A stretch of 64,000 bases of DNA, from contig CAXXJS010000016.1 in the NCBI GenBank assembly GCA_963662665.2, positions 1 through 64,000 on the forward strand, given 5' to 3'. Positions 18,897 to 29,330 of this stretch are shown here, in pieces. Below the pieces are notes generated by a model. The model saw only the letters and a program-made list of their open reading frames with translations, did not search any database and was not told the DNA's origin. Numbering within the stretch: position 1 is the first letter of the stretch; every line of letters begins with the position of its first letter. A program made the position numbers and the translations under genes. This DNA is from Candidatus Latescibacterota bacterium. GTDB taxonomy: Bacteria > Latescibacterota > UBA2968 > GCA-2709665.

Positions 18897-21488
18897 CTAG
18901 CGTTCCGGCTCCGATGATGCCTGGTTGTCACCCCCGTCACCGTGAATTTGCACAACACCTCGACTTCCATCCACGGTAACCCGGTCTCCGGTGCGTATGC
19001 GCCGCGTGGCGCCTGAAACACCCACGACGGCAGGAATCCGGTACTCCCGCGCGATCACCGAACTGTGGTTCAATACCCCGCCGATTTCGGTCACAACCGC
19101 ACTTACACGCCGGAAAAGCGGAGTCCATCCCGGGTCGGTACCCAGCGCGACCAGCACCTCCCCCGGTGCCAGTGACTCAAACTCCTCGGGGCCTCGTATC
19201 AGCCGGGCGATTCCGGTTGCCGTACCTGAGCTCGTACCGATGCCCTGTAGCCGATCAACGTCCTGATCCTCATTGGAAACCGGGTTTTCGCCCCGCCCAT
19301 CGATCCAGAAGTAAAACGGCTGCCGGCCACGAGCACGTTCGAAATCGGCGATCCGTCGATGAATCTCGTCCTCGCTGGCCACTGGACCGCCATTGAACGC
19401 AGTCTCCACCTCGGTACACGTCAGGAAAAAGACCTCATCCTTTCGCCCCAGCAAACCGATAGACGCGAGATGGTCCCCCAGTTTGAGAAAAACCGACCGG
19501 TACGCGAAAAAAAGTCTGTCCAGGTGAAATCTCAACTCCTCACGAAGACCAAGATAGATCCGCGTGTATTTCAACACAAACCGGAACATGACTGTTCGCG
19601 CCTTCCCACACGACGTTTCGGACAGACGTTTCAATACTTCCCCTTCGGCCGTCCGCATCAGTTCCCGCGGCGCATGCCGCGCCGAAACGGGTTCCGCGTC
19701 GAGGTTCCGTCTGAGCATCTGCAAAACGGCTTCCGGGCGTTCCCGCCATCTCGCAAACGTAAAGTCCCTGTTCGCGGCGCGAATCCCGTACGTGTCGATG
19801 AATGCGTTGAACCGGGATGCCAAACCATCCTGGCCGGCGCGCAGGTATTCGACAAACTCATCGTCCGTCGCGTTTTCCAGGTGGCGTCGCAGCGCGGAAT
19901 CGCTCCGAACCACGTCCGCCATTTTATCCAGCTCGGCGTTGGCCTCCGAAGTCTTGTTGCTCTCCGGGACCAGCAACAGATCCTTGAGTGCAGCCATGTC
20001 GAGACCCGCCCAGCGAACCACGATCACTCGCAGAGCCCAGATGCAATTCATCGCAAACGCGTAACTCCACTGGTTTACGTCCCGTTGCTGATGCACGGCG
20101 AGCGCCGTCAGCCGATCCACGGCCAGGAGCAGCGCGTCCGGCTCCCGGGCCGAGGAAATCTGCCGTTCAATCGAACGCATCCGACGGTTGAACACAGGGA
20201 AAAACGCACGCCTGACCCGTCGGTGATTGCTGTGAATCAGGCCATAGGGTTCAGTCGTCAGAACGCCCGGCAAACGCAGGAGCGCCAGGATCAACCACCG
20301 CCAGGCCCCTGGCGCGCATTCGACCTCCGCCTGGAGTTTCCGTGGCAGGATGACCAGGGCTTCGTCCGTCCGCATCTTTTCCGGAACCAGCTTGAGCGCT
20401 TCCGCCACGGCGTTTGCATTCACGTACATGTAGCAATCGATCACCCTCATCATATCGCGGCGTACCAACGCGCCCACGCCCAGCCGCCGCGCGGGACCCT
20501 GAAAGGTATATGACTCGCTCAGGCGATCCACGATAATCGACGCCGCCATCGGACATAATGCCTCGGACCAGAGGTCGTCACAGATCCCCCGGGACCACGT
20601 GCCCGACGGCCGGGACACGGTGGTGGTAATCGGTCGCGTCTGCAGGAAATAGAGCCGGCCGCCGGCAAACGCCCATTCGATATCCTGGGGCCGGCCACCG
20701 GAAAACGCCTCGACTTCGCTGCCTTGCCGCCACAGTATTTGGAGTTCCTCCACGGAAAGCGCCTCCGCATCCCGAAGCCTCTCCGGCATGGGTTCGGCAC
20801 GGCTGTCTCCCGGACGGAGCCTCCACAGCTTGTGCGCGATCTTCTTTTCAATGACCCTGCCCGTCTTCCGGTCCAGAACGTAAGAATCGGGCGTTACCTC
20901 GCCTCCCACAACGGTCTCGCCAAGGCCCCAGTTTGCCTCCACAAAAATACCCGGTGCGCCTGACGCCACCGGGTTCCGCGTGAAAAGGATTCCTGACTTG
21001 TCGGCTTCGACCATTTCCTGAACCACAACCGCGATGCGCGGAACCAGGTCCGGAGCATAGGTTCGCAGCCGGTCGTTCCACGCCGACGCCCAGCACAACC
21101 TGACGTGCTCGAGCACCGACGAGACGTCCCTCAGGTTCAGGTAGGTTTCGAACTGCCCTGCAAAGGCGAACGCGCTGCCGTCCTCAGACGCGCCCGACGA
21201 CCGCACCGCAACGGCGGTTGCTCCATGATTGAGGAGCAAATCGGCGTGCGACCCAATGGTCTGTTCGATTTCGGAGGGAAACGAACCCCTTGCAACCGCA
21301 TCCCCGGTCACGCTGACGGGATCGAGTTCATTGTGCTCCAGAAACCGGACGCAGGCGTCAGCCGTTACGCAAAACCCGCCCGGAACACGGAATCCGCCCG
21401 ATAACAGACGACCCAGATTTCGGGCCTTCCCGCCAACCTGTTCCAATGAAGCCCGGGAAGCCCGCGCGAGTTCAATGACCATTCCCAT
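18897..21488 (-). CDS. PEP-synthase-like dikinase with rifampin-phosphotransferase-type architecture (ATP-grasp, central substrate domain, C-terminal His swivel)
   Basis: VGGKA, AVRSSG, FAGQFET, WGLGE, QDIEWA, LQTRPIT; C-terminal TDPGWTPLF...GGVLNHSSVIAREY; no pyruvate-binding TIM barrel. Confidence 0.88.
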   Translation of the reverse strand: MGMVIELARASRASLEQVGGKARNLGRLLSGGFRVPGGFCVTADACVRFLEHNELDPVSVTGDAVARGSFPSEIEQTIGSHADLLLNHGATAVAVRSSGASEDGSAFAFAGQFETYLNLRDVSSVLEHVRLCWASAWNDRLRTYAPDLVPRIAVVVQEMVEADKSGILFTRNPVASGAPGIFVEANWGLGETVVGGEVTPDSYVLDRKTGRVIEKKIAHKLWRLRPGDSRAEPMPERLRDAEALSVEELQILWRQGSEVEAFSGGRPQDIEWAFAGGRLYFLQTRPITTTVSRPSGTWSRGICDDLWSEALCPMAASIIVDRLSESYTFQGPARRLGVGALVRRDMMRVIDCYMYVNANAVAEALKLVPEKMRTDEALVILPRKLQAEVECAPGAWRWLILALLRLPGVLTTEPYGLIHSNHRRVRRAFFPVFNRRMRSIERQISSAREPDALLLAVDRLTALAVHQQRDVNQWSYAFAMNCIWALRVIVVRWAGLDMAALKDLLLVPESNKTSEANAELDKMADVVRSDSALRRHLENATDDEFVEYLRAGQDGLASRFNAFIDTYGIRAANRDFTFARWRERPEAVLQMLRRNLDAEPVSARHAPRELMRTAEGEVLKRLSETSCGKARTVMFRFVLKYTRIYLGLREELRFHLDRLFFAYRSVFLKLGDHLASIGLLGRKDEVFFLTCTEVETAFNGGPVASEDEIHRRIADFERARGRQPFYFWIDGRGENPVSNEDQDVDRLQGIGTSSGTATGIARLIRGPEEFESLAPGEVLVALGTDPGWTPLFRRVSAVVTEIGGVLNHSSVIAREYRIPAVVGVSGATRRIRTGDRVTVDGSRGVVQIHGDGGDNQASSEPER

Positions 21489-21493
21489 AGCTG

Positions 21494-22480
21494 TCAATCC
21501 GCCTCGAGCGCCTGCAGGAACCCGTGCATCTGTCCCACGCAAAACGCTATATACGCCCGTCCCTCCGCGTCACCCGACAATTCCATGATGTGGTCGTAGT
21601 CAATAGCGCCGTCAAACCCTGCGTCGTGCAACGCCCGAACCACCCGAAACATGTTCAGATCACCCAAATCCGGAATCACCTCCTCATATCCTCCGGTTTC
21701 CGGAATGGTTCCCCTCACGTTTCGAAAATGCACGTGGAAAATCTTTCCCTGGCCGCCGAATCGCCGGATTCCCTCGAACACGTCCTCGCCCGACTCGTAT
21801 CGCGTGCCCACGCAAAACGTCATCCCGTTTGCCGGCGAGGGCACTTCCGAGAACAGCCGATCGAATGCCGCGAAATCGTACAGTACCTGGGGCACGCCAT
21901 ACAGGCTGGACACGGGAGGGTCGTTCCCGTGCATGGCAACCCGTGTGCCCGCCGCTTCGGCGACCGGCACTGCCGCGCGAAAAATCTTCAGCGTTCGTTC
22001 CCAGAGTTCCTCGTGCGTGGGTGCGCCGTCCGGCGCGGATCGGTTCAGGGCGTCGCGTAAATCGACCTTCAGATGCCGGTAGCCGCCGCGCCCTTCCACC
22101 CACTTGAAGACGCCACGGGAAGACCCGCCGAATTGGGCGGCCTGAAAACACTGTATCCCGACGACGGGAAAGCCGTATTCCCCGCAGAGCGCAACGTTCG
22201 CAATCAGTTGATCAAGTTCCTCTGCAGCGCCCGGCTCATCCAGAAAAATCGCACGCGTGTAGCCGCTGGTCGAATTCGCACGTTCGATCTTCAGACCGGC
22301 GCGGTCCACAACCTCCACCACCCGCTCCACGCTCTCGCGTTTGAGGCGTCCGGTTTCTTTATAACCCGGAAAAATGTCCAGCGTCACGTCCACCACGTCT
22401 ACGCCAATCTGCTTCAGAAACTGCAAATCCTCCGGCCGGTCCAGCCACGTCGGATCGATCCGCGTTCCAATCTTGATCAC
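21494..22480 (-). CDS. mannonate dehydratase (UxuA)-like protein
   Basis: 'AEAAGTRVAMHGNDPP', 'NGMTFCVG', 'IFHVHFRNVRG', 'DH' motifs; HGNDPP instead of the canonical HPDDPP. Confidence 0.8.
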   Translation of the reverse strand: MIKIGTRIDPTWLDRPEDLQFLKQIGVDVVDVTLDIFPGYKETGRLKRESVERVVEVVDRAGLKIERANSTSGYTRAIFLDEPGAAEELDQLIANVALCGEYGFPVVGIQCFQAAQFGGSSRGVFKWVEGRGGYRHLKVDLRDALNRSAPDGAPTHEELWERTLKIFRAAVPVAEAAGTRVAMHGNDPPVSSLYGVPQVLYDFAAFDRLFSEVPSPANGMTFCVGTRYESGEDVFEGIRRFGGQGKIFHVHFRNVRGTIPETGGYEEVIPDLGDLNMFRVVRALHDAGFDGAIDYDHIMELSGDAEGRAYIAFCVGQMHGFLQALEAD

Positions 22481-22589
22481 GGGCCACCTCTCTGGACGAT
22501 ATTTCCATTTTTACAGGGTCACGTACAGGACTATATTGCATCGGTCCCAGCGATAACCGACGACCTGCTTGCCACGGAGCCTTTTTACA

Positions 22590-23507
22590 ATGTTTGCCGA
22601 GGATTTGAAGGAACAGCTGAAGAACACGCATGCCTTTGTTGTCACCCCGTTCGAAAAGGGAAACCGCGGACGACTTGACGTGAAAGCGCTGAGTAAAAAC
22701 GTGGGCTTTCTCATCGAGCACGGTGTGAAAGTCCTGGTCATTGGCGGCGGCACCGGAGAGGTCAACGCCCTCTCCAATTCCGAACTTGCTACGCTGGCGA
22801 GAACCGCAGTTGACGTGGCGGGTACCAGCACGCTGGTCATTCCCACTCTGCCGGAGAATCCGGGCGCCGCCCTGGAACTTGCGCCCGTTTACGAACGAAT
22901 GGGTGCCCGGGTCGCACTGGGAATGGCGCCGTACATCCGGAACGACGTACCGGACGACCTGACGGGCGTCCTCAATCACTATAGAGTGCTTGCTGGCGCC
23001 TCAGGTCTGGCATTAATGCCCTATAACACGCAAGCCTGGCCCGCAGCGTTCTTTCTCCGGCTCGCGGAGGTCGACCGTATTATCGGGATCAAGGATCCAT
23101 GCCGGGCGCCGCACAATCTGTTCGCCGCCATTCAGCGCCTCGGCGACCGCTTCGTATGGATCGGTAACAAGCGCCACGACCCGGGTGTGCTCCACCTTCG
23201 CTTTCAAATGGGCATTGACGGATTCACCGCAGGCTTCGTCAACTTCGCACCGCAATACGAACTTGAACTCTTCGAACTCGCGTGCAGGAAAGACTGGGAG
23301 GGCATGGCACTCATCCAGCGCCGGCTGGCACCGCTGGAAAGGCTGAGAGCCAGATATGGGGACGTCGCAATGATAAAGGCCGCCATGGACCTCGTCGGTC
23401 TGTCCGGCGGACCCGTTCGTCCGCCTCGCGTCGACGTTCCCGTGGAGGGTTATGCAGAAATTCTGGACGCCCTCAACAGGCTCGGCGTCGAAACGATCGG
23501 GGGTTGA
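22590..23507 (+). CDS. dihydrodipicolinate synthase family aldolase/dehydratase
   Basis: VTPF, GGGTGE, YN, GIKD (Schiff-base Lys), IKAAMDLVG...GPVRPP. Confidence 0.88.
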   Translation: MFAEDLKEQLKNTHAFVVTPFEKGNRGRLDVKALSKNVGFLIEHGVKVLVIGGGTGEVNALSNSELATLARTAVDVAGTSTLVIPTLPENPGAALELAPVYERMGARVALGMAPYIRNDVPDDLTGVLNHYRVLAGASGLALMPYNTQAWPAAFFLRLAEVDRIIGIKDPCRAPHNLFAAIQRLGDRFVWIGNKRHDPGVLHLRFQMGIDGFTAGFVNFAPQYELELFELACRKDWEGMALIQRRLAPLERLRARYGDVAMIKAAMDLVGLSGGPVRPPRVDVPVEGYAEILDALNRLGVETIGG

Positions 23508-23555
23508 TCCTGGACCGGCCGACGCCCGAGGCCCCCGCGTGCCGTCCTTCAGGAT

Positions 23556-24803
23556 TCAGCTCCCGCCGAAACCGACCGGGGCGGCATCGAAGTACCTCTC
23601 GTCGCCAAAGCAAGGGAACATACCAAAGCCCTCCGCAAGGTCCTGTTGCTCCCAGACGAGGCCGGTCTCGCAGTAGCTCAGCGAACCGTGTGCGGGGGGG
23701 GAGAATTCCGGATGCCCCAGCAGGTCGCTCCGGAACCACACGCTCCGGTGCCCGAAACACAACCCCTTCTCCAGGTTTTCCTGAGCGAATTCAACCATGT
23801 GCGGAAACGTCTTCTGGTATTCCGCACCGGCGCCGTATTCAATATGAGACCTCAGGTTTTCTCCTGCGGCCTGCACCTCGGCAATCGACATGGGCACGCC
23901 GTTCCTGACAAAAAGCGCATCGGTGTTCGGATCCACCACCGCCCACTTCCCGAACTCGTCGAACCATACTTCCGCCACGAAATGCCCGTTGAATCCGTTT
24001 ACCGCATCAGTCAGAACGGCGCAACGGGCTGGAATCCCAACCGCCTGGGCGCAGCTTACGAACGCCGCCGCATAGTGAACGCACATCGCCACCGGCCGTT
24101 TTCCGTTGTGTCCCGCCTGCCCGGGGGCCCAAGCGAGAAGGGTTTCCGCGTCCCAGGGCGCGTATTGACCCGCCCTCAGCGAATTTGTATGCTCCCAGCT
24201 GGACGCCATCCAGGACGACAATGCACGGATCCGGTTTAACACCGGTCCCTGGTCTCGTGCGACCGGCGGCAGCAAACGCCTGAGAGACAGCAGCCTGGGC
24301 GAATCCGCGACCTCCCAGACCATGGCGGGAGGCGGCGGATCCTCTCCCTCGCACAGTCGTACCCGGACGACGTACTCCCCCAGGACCGCGTTGAGATAGC
24401 CCATCCGGTCTCTTCGCCAGGTCTCGCCGCCGTCGTCACTTAGCCCGCTGCCGGTTTCGGCGCAGCCCGCTTCCATCGCGAGTGACCAGCCATCCATCGC
24501 CGTACCGTCGGTCCATAGTTCGAAGGTGTTATCGCCGGCCCTCAAATCCGACACCGGGAGTTCATACCAGGAATACGCGCCGGGCCGATCGGGCTCGAGC
24601 GCCGTGACTTCAACGCCGTTCACGGACACCCGAAGCGGGGCGACGTTTTCAGGATAGGGCCGGGCGAGGATATAGACCAGCCCCGGCGCGTTTGTGGCCG
24701 GCAGCGCGAGTGTCTTCCGGGCTCGGCGGAACGTCGTTAACTCCTCGCAAAGAGTCGGCATCACCCGCCCCTCTTCGCTATAATACAATCGGCTCATCGT
24801 CAC
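23556..24803 (-). CDS. transglutaminase-like domain protein with N-terminal beta-rich domain
   Basis: Triad-like AMCVHYA (Cys), GHFVAEVW (His), VVDP (Asp). Confidence 0.75.
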   Translation of the reverse strand: MTMSRLYYSEEGRVMPTLCEELTTFRRARKTLALPATNAPGLVYILARPYPENVAPLRVSVNGVEVTALEPDRPGAYSWYELPVSDLRAGDNTFELWTDGTAMDGWSLAMEAGCAETGSGLSDDGGETWRRDRMGYLNAVLGEYVVRVRLCEGEDPPPPAMVWEVADSPRLLSLRRLLPPVARDQGPVLNRIRALSSWMASSWEHTNSLRAGQYAPWDAETLLAWAPGQAGHNGKRPVAMCVHYAAAFVSCAQAVGIPARCAVLTDAVNGFNGHFVAEVWFDEFGKWAVVDPNTDALFVRNGVPMSIAEVQAAGENLRSHIEYGAGAEYQKTFPHMVEFAQENLEKGLCFGHRSVWFRSDLLGHPEFSPPAHGSLSYCETGLVWEQQDLAEGFGMFPCFGDERYFDAAPVGFGGS

Positions 24804-24894
24804 CTCGCCTTAAGGTTCGGACCGAACACCGTCACGGGAAGATTCGCTCTGACCCGGATCCTTGCCCCGATCTACGGTAAGGCCAGCCTGAATC

Positions 24895-25812
24895 TCAAGT
24901 CCCGGCTGCCTGTTTTTCGATATACTCAGGAAGCGCAAGTTTCCAGTTCTCGTAAATGATGTTGTGGATCACTTCGTCCGGCACCTTCGGAAAATTCGAC
25001 CCCTCGACCACGTCGTTTACCTTCCACTGACCGGCAATCACCTGCGCCGCCGTTGCCGACGGAAAATCTGACCCGAAAATCAGTTTGTGATCCACACCGT
25101 ATTCAATGGCGGACATAAAGGCCTGATAGTGCCGCCGCGGCCGGTAGTGGAGCGCAGACACGTTGGTGTAGAGGTTGGGATGCTTGCGTATCAACACCAC
25201 GCATTCATCTTCCCACGGATGCCCCATGTGGGAAATGACGATGCGAAGATCCGGACACGCAATTGCGATATCCTCCAGGAGAATTGGATTGGCGTATTTC
25301 AAGGGGCCGAACCGGACGAACGAGGTACCCTGATGGATATTCAGCGGAACACCCAGCGATTCCGCCTTTTTGAAAAACGGCAGGTGCCGGGGATCCTCCG
25401 GGTCCCAGTTCTGATAGATCGGCGCCACCTTCAGCCCCCGCAGCCCCAGGTCCTCCACGCAATATACCAGCTGGTCGATACAATCCGCGTCGTTTGGATT
25501 TACCGAACACCAGCCGTAGAACCGATCCGGGTTGTCGTTGACGAATCCAGCCACCAGTTCCTGCCGCACGTCGATGCCCACGTGGGGCGCCCGCAGTCCA
25601 AATACGATGACCCTGTCACAATCTTCGGTGGCCGCCAACAGTTGCTCGGGTCTGGCGTCGAACGCGTTGCGCTCGTCCTGGGCGTCGTCGGCATAATACA
25701 CGTCCGGCGACAATCGCATCTTCGCCTTTTTGGCTGCAAGCGCTGACTCGACGAATTCGTCCGACAGATGGTCCGGGTACCACAACAGATTGGTATGAGT
25801 GTCGAAAAGCAT
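24895..25812 (-). CDS. amidohydrolase family 2 protein
   Basis: DTHTN, LRGLK, IHQG, SHMGHP, FGSDFP. Confidence 0.85.
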   Translation of the reverse strand: MLFDTHTNLLWYPDHLSDEFVESALAAKKAKMRLSPDVYYADDAQDERNAFDARPEQLLAATEDCDRVIVFGLRAPHVGIDVRQELVAGFVNDNPDRFYGWCSVNPNDADCIDQLVYCVEDLGLRGLKVAPIYQNWDPEDPRHLPFFKKAESLGVPLNIHQGTSFVRFGPLKYANPILLEDIAIACPDLRIVISHMGHPWEDECVVLIRKHPNLYTNVSALHYRPRRHYQAFMSAIEYGVDHKLIFGSDFPSATAAQVIAGQWKVNDVVEGSNFPKVPDEVIHNIIYENWKLALPEYIEKQAAGT

Positions 25813-25849
25813 GCCACGCTCCTCGCGAAGGACGGGCGGCGGTGAAGTC

Positions 25850-27436
25850 TTACTCCAGAAACCGTCTCAGTACGTTTCCCGTGAGCCGGGAGAGTTCGTC
25901 GCTCACCAGCAGGGAACTGATATAGGTGATCGACCCCGTGGAAAACACGGCGCCGCCACCGGCAGGCTCGTGGATGACCATATGTGCTCCGCCGTCGTTT
26001 TCGTTGATCCCTCTGGCAAGTAATTTGACGTTCCCGGGAGAGAACCTGGGTGAGATCTTATCCGTTTCGTGCCCCGACGCGCCGCCTGGAATTCGCATGT
26101 GCAGATACTCCCGGCCGAAGATAGCGCCGTCGCCGAGATTCGTGCCTTCGTATGCCCAGTGCCCGGCGTCAACGACCCGGTACGGAGCCGCCGTCATAAT
26201 ACCCGCCTGGGTAAACACGACCCCCAGCAGGTTGGCCTCCGACTCCTGGCGCATGTGCATGCGGCTCTCAAACCCTTCGTCCCGCTGCTGACGCCGGTTT
26301 CCGTTGTGGACGATCATCGTTTCCTCGTCCACGAACTCCACCTCGCAGTTCAGCCCGTTCCCACCCAGATACATCAACCTGCCGCCGCGGTTGAACACCC
26401 AGTCCTTTACGTCATGATACATCTTACCCGACCAGTATTCGGGATGGGGACCCAGAATCAACACTGCGTAGTCGTCCAGGTTCAGCGCGCCGAAATGCAA
26501 CTGTGTTTCCGAATAGAGATCATACTCGAACCCCTCCCTCTCCAGCCAACCCATCAGGCGCCATTCAGCAGGAGCGACGTGATTGGGCGCTCGGCCTTCA
26601 ATCGGATCGGTCACCTGCTCATTCTCGGGAACCACGTTTATCGGCTCCGGACGTTCGAAAGACAGCGGAAGGTATTCCTCGGCATCGTAGTTGATGTGCT
26701 CCGGATCGGTATAACGCTTTAACTCCAGCCGGGCGTTGATGGTGGGCGTGGAGGGGATCCTGTCGGGGTGAATGTAATTGCTGCGCCCGCCGAAATTATT
26801 ATAGCAGTTCCAATTGATGTCCGACGCCAGCACGGCCACCTTCGCCCCCGGTTTCGCTGGCGCCACAACCCACGGAAACGAGAAGAACAGACCGGAGTCC
26901 GTCGTGGCATGAAAGTAGTAGAGGCCGGACCGTTCAGGCGCCGTGACTAGCTGCTTGTGACCCGGGCTGGTATATCCGAACTTGTTCCATTGAGCGCCTG
27001 TCTGCGTATAATCGCCATCGGGAGTAAGCTGTACGGTGGCCCGCGGTCCGTGTTCGTCGTACCATCCGATAGGCCTGACGAGTTCTTTTTCCCAGCCGTA
27101 ACGCCACAACTCCAGTTTATACTGTTCGTGCGAATGAACCCGAAATTCGGAGCGGTCGCCCGACTTCACGCACTTTGGCCACACGTAACCCATGAGACAG
27201 TCCTTCAACAGGCGAAACTGATAGGGTTCGTCCGGGGTCACCTCCATATCGACAATTTTCGACCCATACCCATTGCGCGCCAGAATAACCTGATACGGAC
27301 CGGGCGAAACGTCCGCATATACCGCACCGGATGCCGAAGAACGTGCGAGCACCGCGTTTCCGGACGCGTTTCTGAACTCCAGAGCCACGTCGGATAACGC
27401 AATGTAACGCTCATCGCTTACGTATCCCACCAGCAT
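25850..27436 (-). CDS. N,N-dimethylformamidase beta-subunit-like protein with N-terminal carboxypeptidase-regulatory-like domain
   Basis: SGLYYF, NWNCYNNFGGRSNY, LSFERP, WLEREGFEYD, HPEYWS, YLGGN, GHETD. ATG 27436 (alternative 27466). Confidence 0.8.
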   Translation of the reverse strand: MLVGYVSDERYIALSDVALEFRNASGNAVLARSSASGAVYADVSPGPYQVILARNGYGSKIVDMEVTPDEPYQFRLLKDCLMGYVWPKCVKSGDRSEFRVHSHEQYKLELWRYGWEKELVRPIGWYDEHGPRATVQLTPDGDYTQTGAQWNKFGYTSPGHKQLVTAPERSGLYYFHATTDSGLFFSFPWVVAPAKPGAKVAVLASDINWNCYNNFGGRSNYIHPDRIPSTPTINARLELKRYTDPEHINYDAEEYLPLSFERPEPINVVPENEQVTDPIEGRAPNHVAPAEWRLMGWLEREGFEYDLYSETQLHFGALNLDDYAVLILGPHPEYWSGKMYHDVKDWVFNRGGRLMYLGGNGLNCEVEFVDEETMIVHNGNRRQQRDEGFESRMHMRQESEANLLGVVFTQAGIMTAAPYRVVDAGHWAYEGTNLGDGAIFGREYLHMRIPGGASGHETDKISPRFSPGNVKLLARGINENDGGAHMVIHEPAGGGAVFSTGSITYISSLLVSDELSRLTGNVLRRFLE

Positions 27437-27511
27437 AGCGCGCTCCCTTTTCTTGAGTTTCTGCATTGAATTCCCATTTTCAATCGAGGTGTCATCGACG
27501 CCATTGAATTC

Positions 27512-28912
27512 TTACGACAAATACCCTGGCGGGCGCGATCCCTGCCAGTCCGCTGCCTTCTCGTACGCGTAGGCCAGCCGAAGGATCGTCGCTTCGTCGT
27601 AGGGTTTGCCCGTCAACTGCAATCCGACGGGCAGACCCTGCGAGGTAAACCCGCAGGGCACGGATACCGCGCACAGACCCAGCCAGTTTACCAGCCGGGT
27701 GAGCAATCGAGTCGGTTCACCGCGGTCCAGATCACGAAGACGGGGCGCGGGCTTCAACATTGTGGGACCCGCCACGGCCTCCACGTCGGCCAACCTTTCC
27801 GCCGTCGTCCGCATCATAATCGCCCGTTTGCGCTGAATTTCAGCCAGATCGACGGCCAGCAATTCCGGCTCGACCTCAAGACGGGCTCGGACGACGGGCC
27901 CGAACGAACCCGGCGCGTCCGCCAGCGCCTTGCGGTGGACGACAACCGCCTCGGTCCGGAGAAGCCTCAGGTTGTCTTCCTCTTTTTCCGCCTGCAACGC
28001 CTCGGGAAAAGCCATTTCCCGCACCTCGACGCCCAGGCCGGCCAGGACCTGGATCGCGTCCTCCACCAGCGAGACCACCTCGGAATCCGCGTCGCTGAAG
28101 AACGGCTCACGGACCACCGCGAGCCGCAGGCCCTTTACATCCTTCTTCAAAACGCTCGTGACGTCGCCCACCGGCAAATCGACGGCCGTGACATCTTCCA
28201 CGTCCGGACCCGCGATTGCCGCGTACACCAGCGCCGCGTCCTCGACGCATCTGGCCATGGGGCCAATCGTATCCAGCGTCCACGAAAGGGGCATCACGCC
28301 GGCCGTGCCAATGCGACCCGTTGTGGTCTTCAGGCCGACGATACCACAGTACGCGGCTGGAATTCGTACGGACCCGCCGGTGTCCGTACCGATCGCCGCC
28401 GCAGCCAGGCCGGCCGCGACGGCCAGTCCGGATCCGCTGCTGGACCCGCCCGGAACCCGTTGCGGATCCCACGGATTCGGAGGCGTGCCAAAGTGAGGAT
28501 TGATTCCGAACGGACCGAATGCATATTCCACCAGATTCGTTTTGCCCAACAATACCGTGCCCGCCCGCGCCAGCCGCTTCGCCACGGTGGAGGAACGCAC
28601 GGGCACGTAGTCCTTCCTGGCAGCGGATCCGGACGTCGTTCGAATGCCCGCCGTATCGCAAAGGTCCTTCAGTGCAATCGGAACACCGTGCAGTGGCCCT
28701 AAATCGTTTCCCGATTGCAACGCCAGTTCGGCCGCTCTCGCGTCGGCCCGCGCACGATCAGCGGTTACCGTTATGAAAGCCTTCGTCTTGGGCTGATAAC
28801 GATGGATTCGCTCAAGACAGGCTTCCGTTACCGCCACGGGCGAAACCTCTCCGCTGCGGTAGCGTGCGGCGAGTTCAGTGGCCGTCAGGTAATGAAGCAC
28901 GTGCTGCGCCAT
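27512..28912 (-). CDS. amidase signature family protein
   Basis: GPLHGVPIALKD, PGGSSSGS, GTDTGGSVRIPA, GLPVGLQL. Start set to ATG 28912. Confidence 0.93.
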   Translation of the reverse strand: MAQHVLHYLTATELAARYRSGEVSPVAVTEACLERIHRYQPKTKAFITVTADRARADARAAELALQSGNDLGPLHGVPIALKDLCDTAGIRTTSGSAARKDYVPVRSSTVAKRLARAGTVLLGKTNLVEYAFGPFGINPHFGTPPNPWDPQRVPGGSSSGSGLAVAAGLAAAAIGTDTGGSVRIPAAYCGIVGLKTTTGRIGTAGVMPLSWTLDTIGPMARCVEDAALVYAAIAGPDVEDVTAVDLPVGDVTSVLKKDVKGLRLAVVREPFFSDADSEVVSLVEDAIQVLAGLGVEVREMAFPEALQAEKEEDNLRLLRTEAVVVHRKALADAPGSFGPVVRARLEVEPELLAVDLAEIQRKRAIMMRTTAERLADVEAVAGPTMLKPAPRLRDLDRGEPTRLLTRLVNWLGLCAVSVPCGFTSQGLPVGLQLTGKPYDEATILRLAYAYEKAADWQGSRPPGYLS

Positions 28913-28991
28913 AGCCTGGTGCTCGGGAGTTGTGTGAATCGCATTGGGCGCAATCCAAGAAAAATTCATCCATCGTACATCCGGGTCCCGC

Positions 28992-29330
28992 CTATCCACA
29001 GCCCGGTCCCCTGACCTCCTGCCGCGCGAATTTTTCCGGAAGCAAACCGCGCGCAAATCCGCCGGGATCCGCCTGATGTCCGTCGACGAGTTTCCGGATC
29101 TCTGCCAACACCCGATCCCTGTCGTAGAGTCCATACCGGTAAATGTCGATGGGCCCGATCAGCTGAAGATAGAAATGGTTGCCCGCGTCGTGTTCATCCG
29201 CGCATGCGCTGGGTTTCCGGGCAATATCCAGTTGATCTTCAAACGCGTCCGCGAACGTCGCGAGCAGCGGCTCACGGTGCAGATCCGCCGGGATCTCCGG
29301 GAACCGGTTTACCAGTTCCTTAACCGTCAT
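28992..29330 (-). CDS. hypothetical protein
   Basis: ATG 29330 with GAGGA RBS overlapping the upstream stop; no recognised motif. Confidence 0.6.
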   Translation of the reverse strand: MTVKELVNRFPEIPADLHREPLLATFADAFEDQLDIARKPSACADEHDAGNHFYLQLIGPIDIYRYGLYDRDRVLAEIRKLVDGHQADPGGFARGLLPEKFARQEVRGPGCG

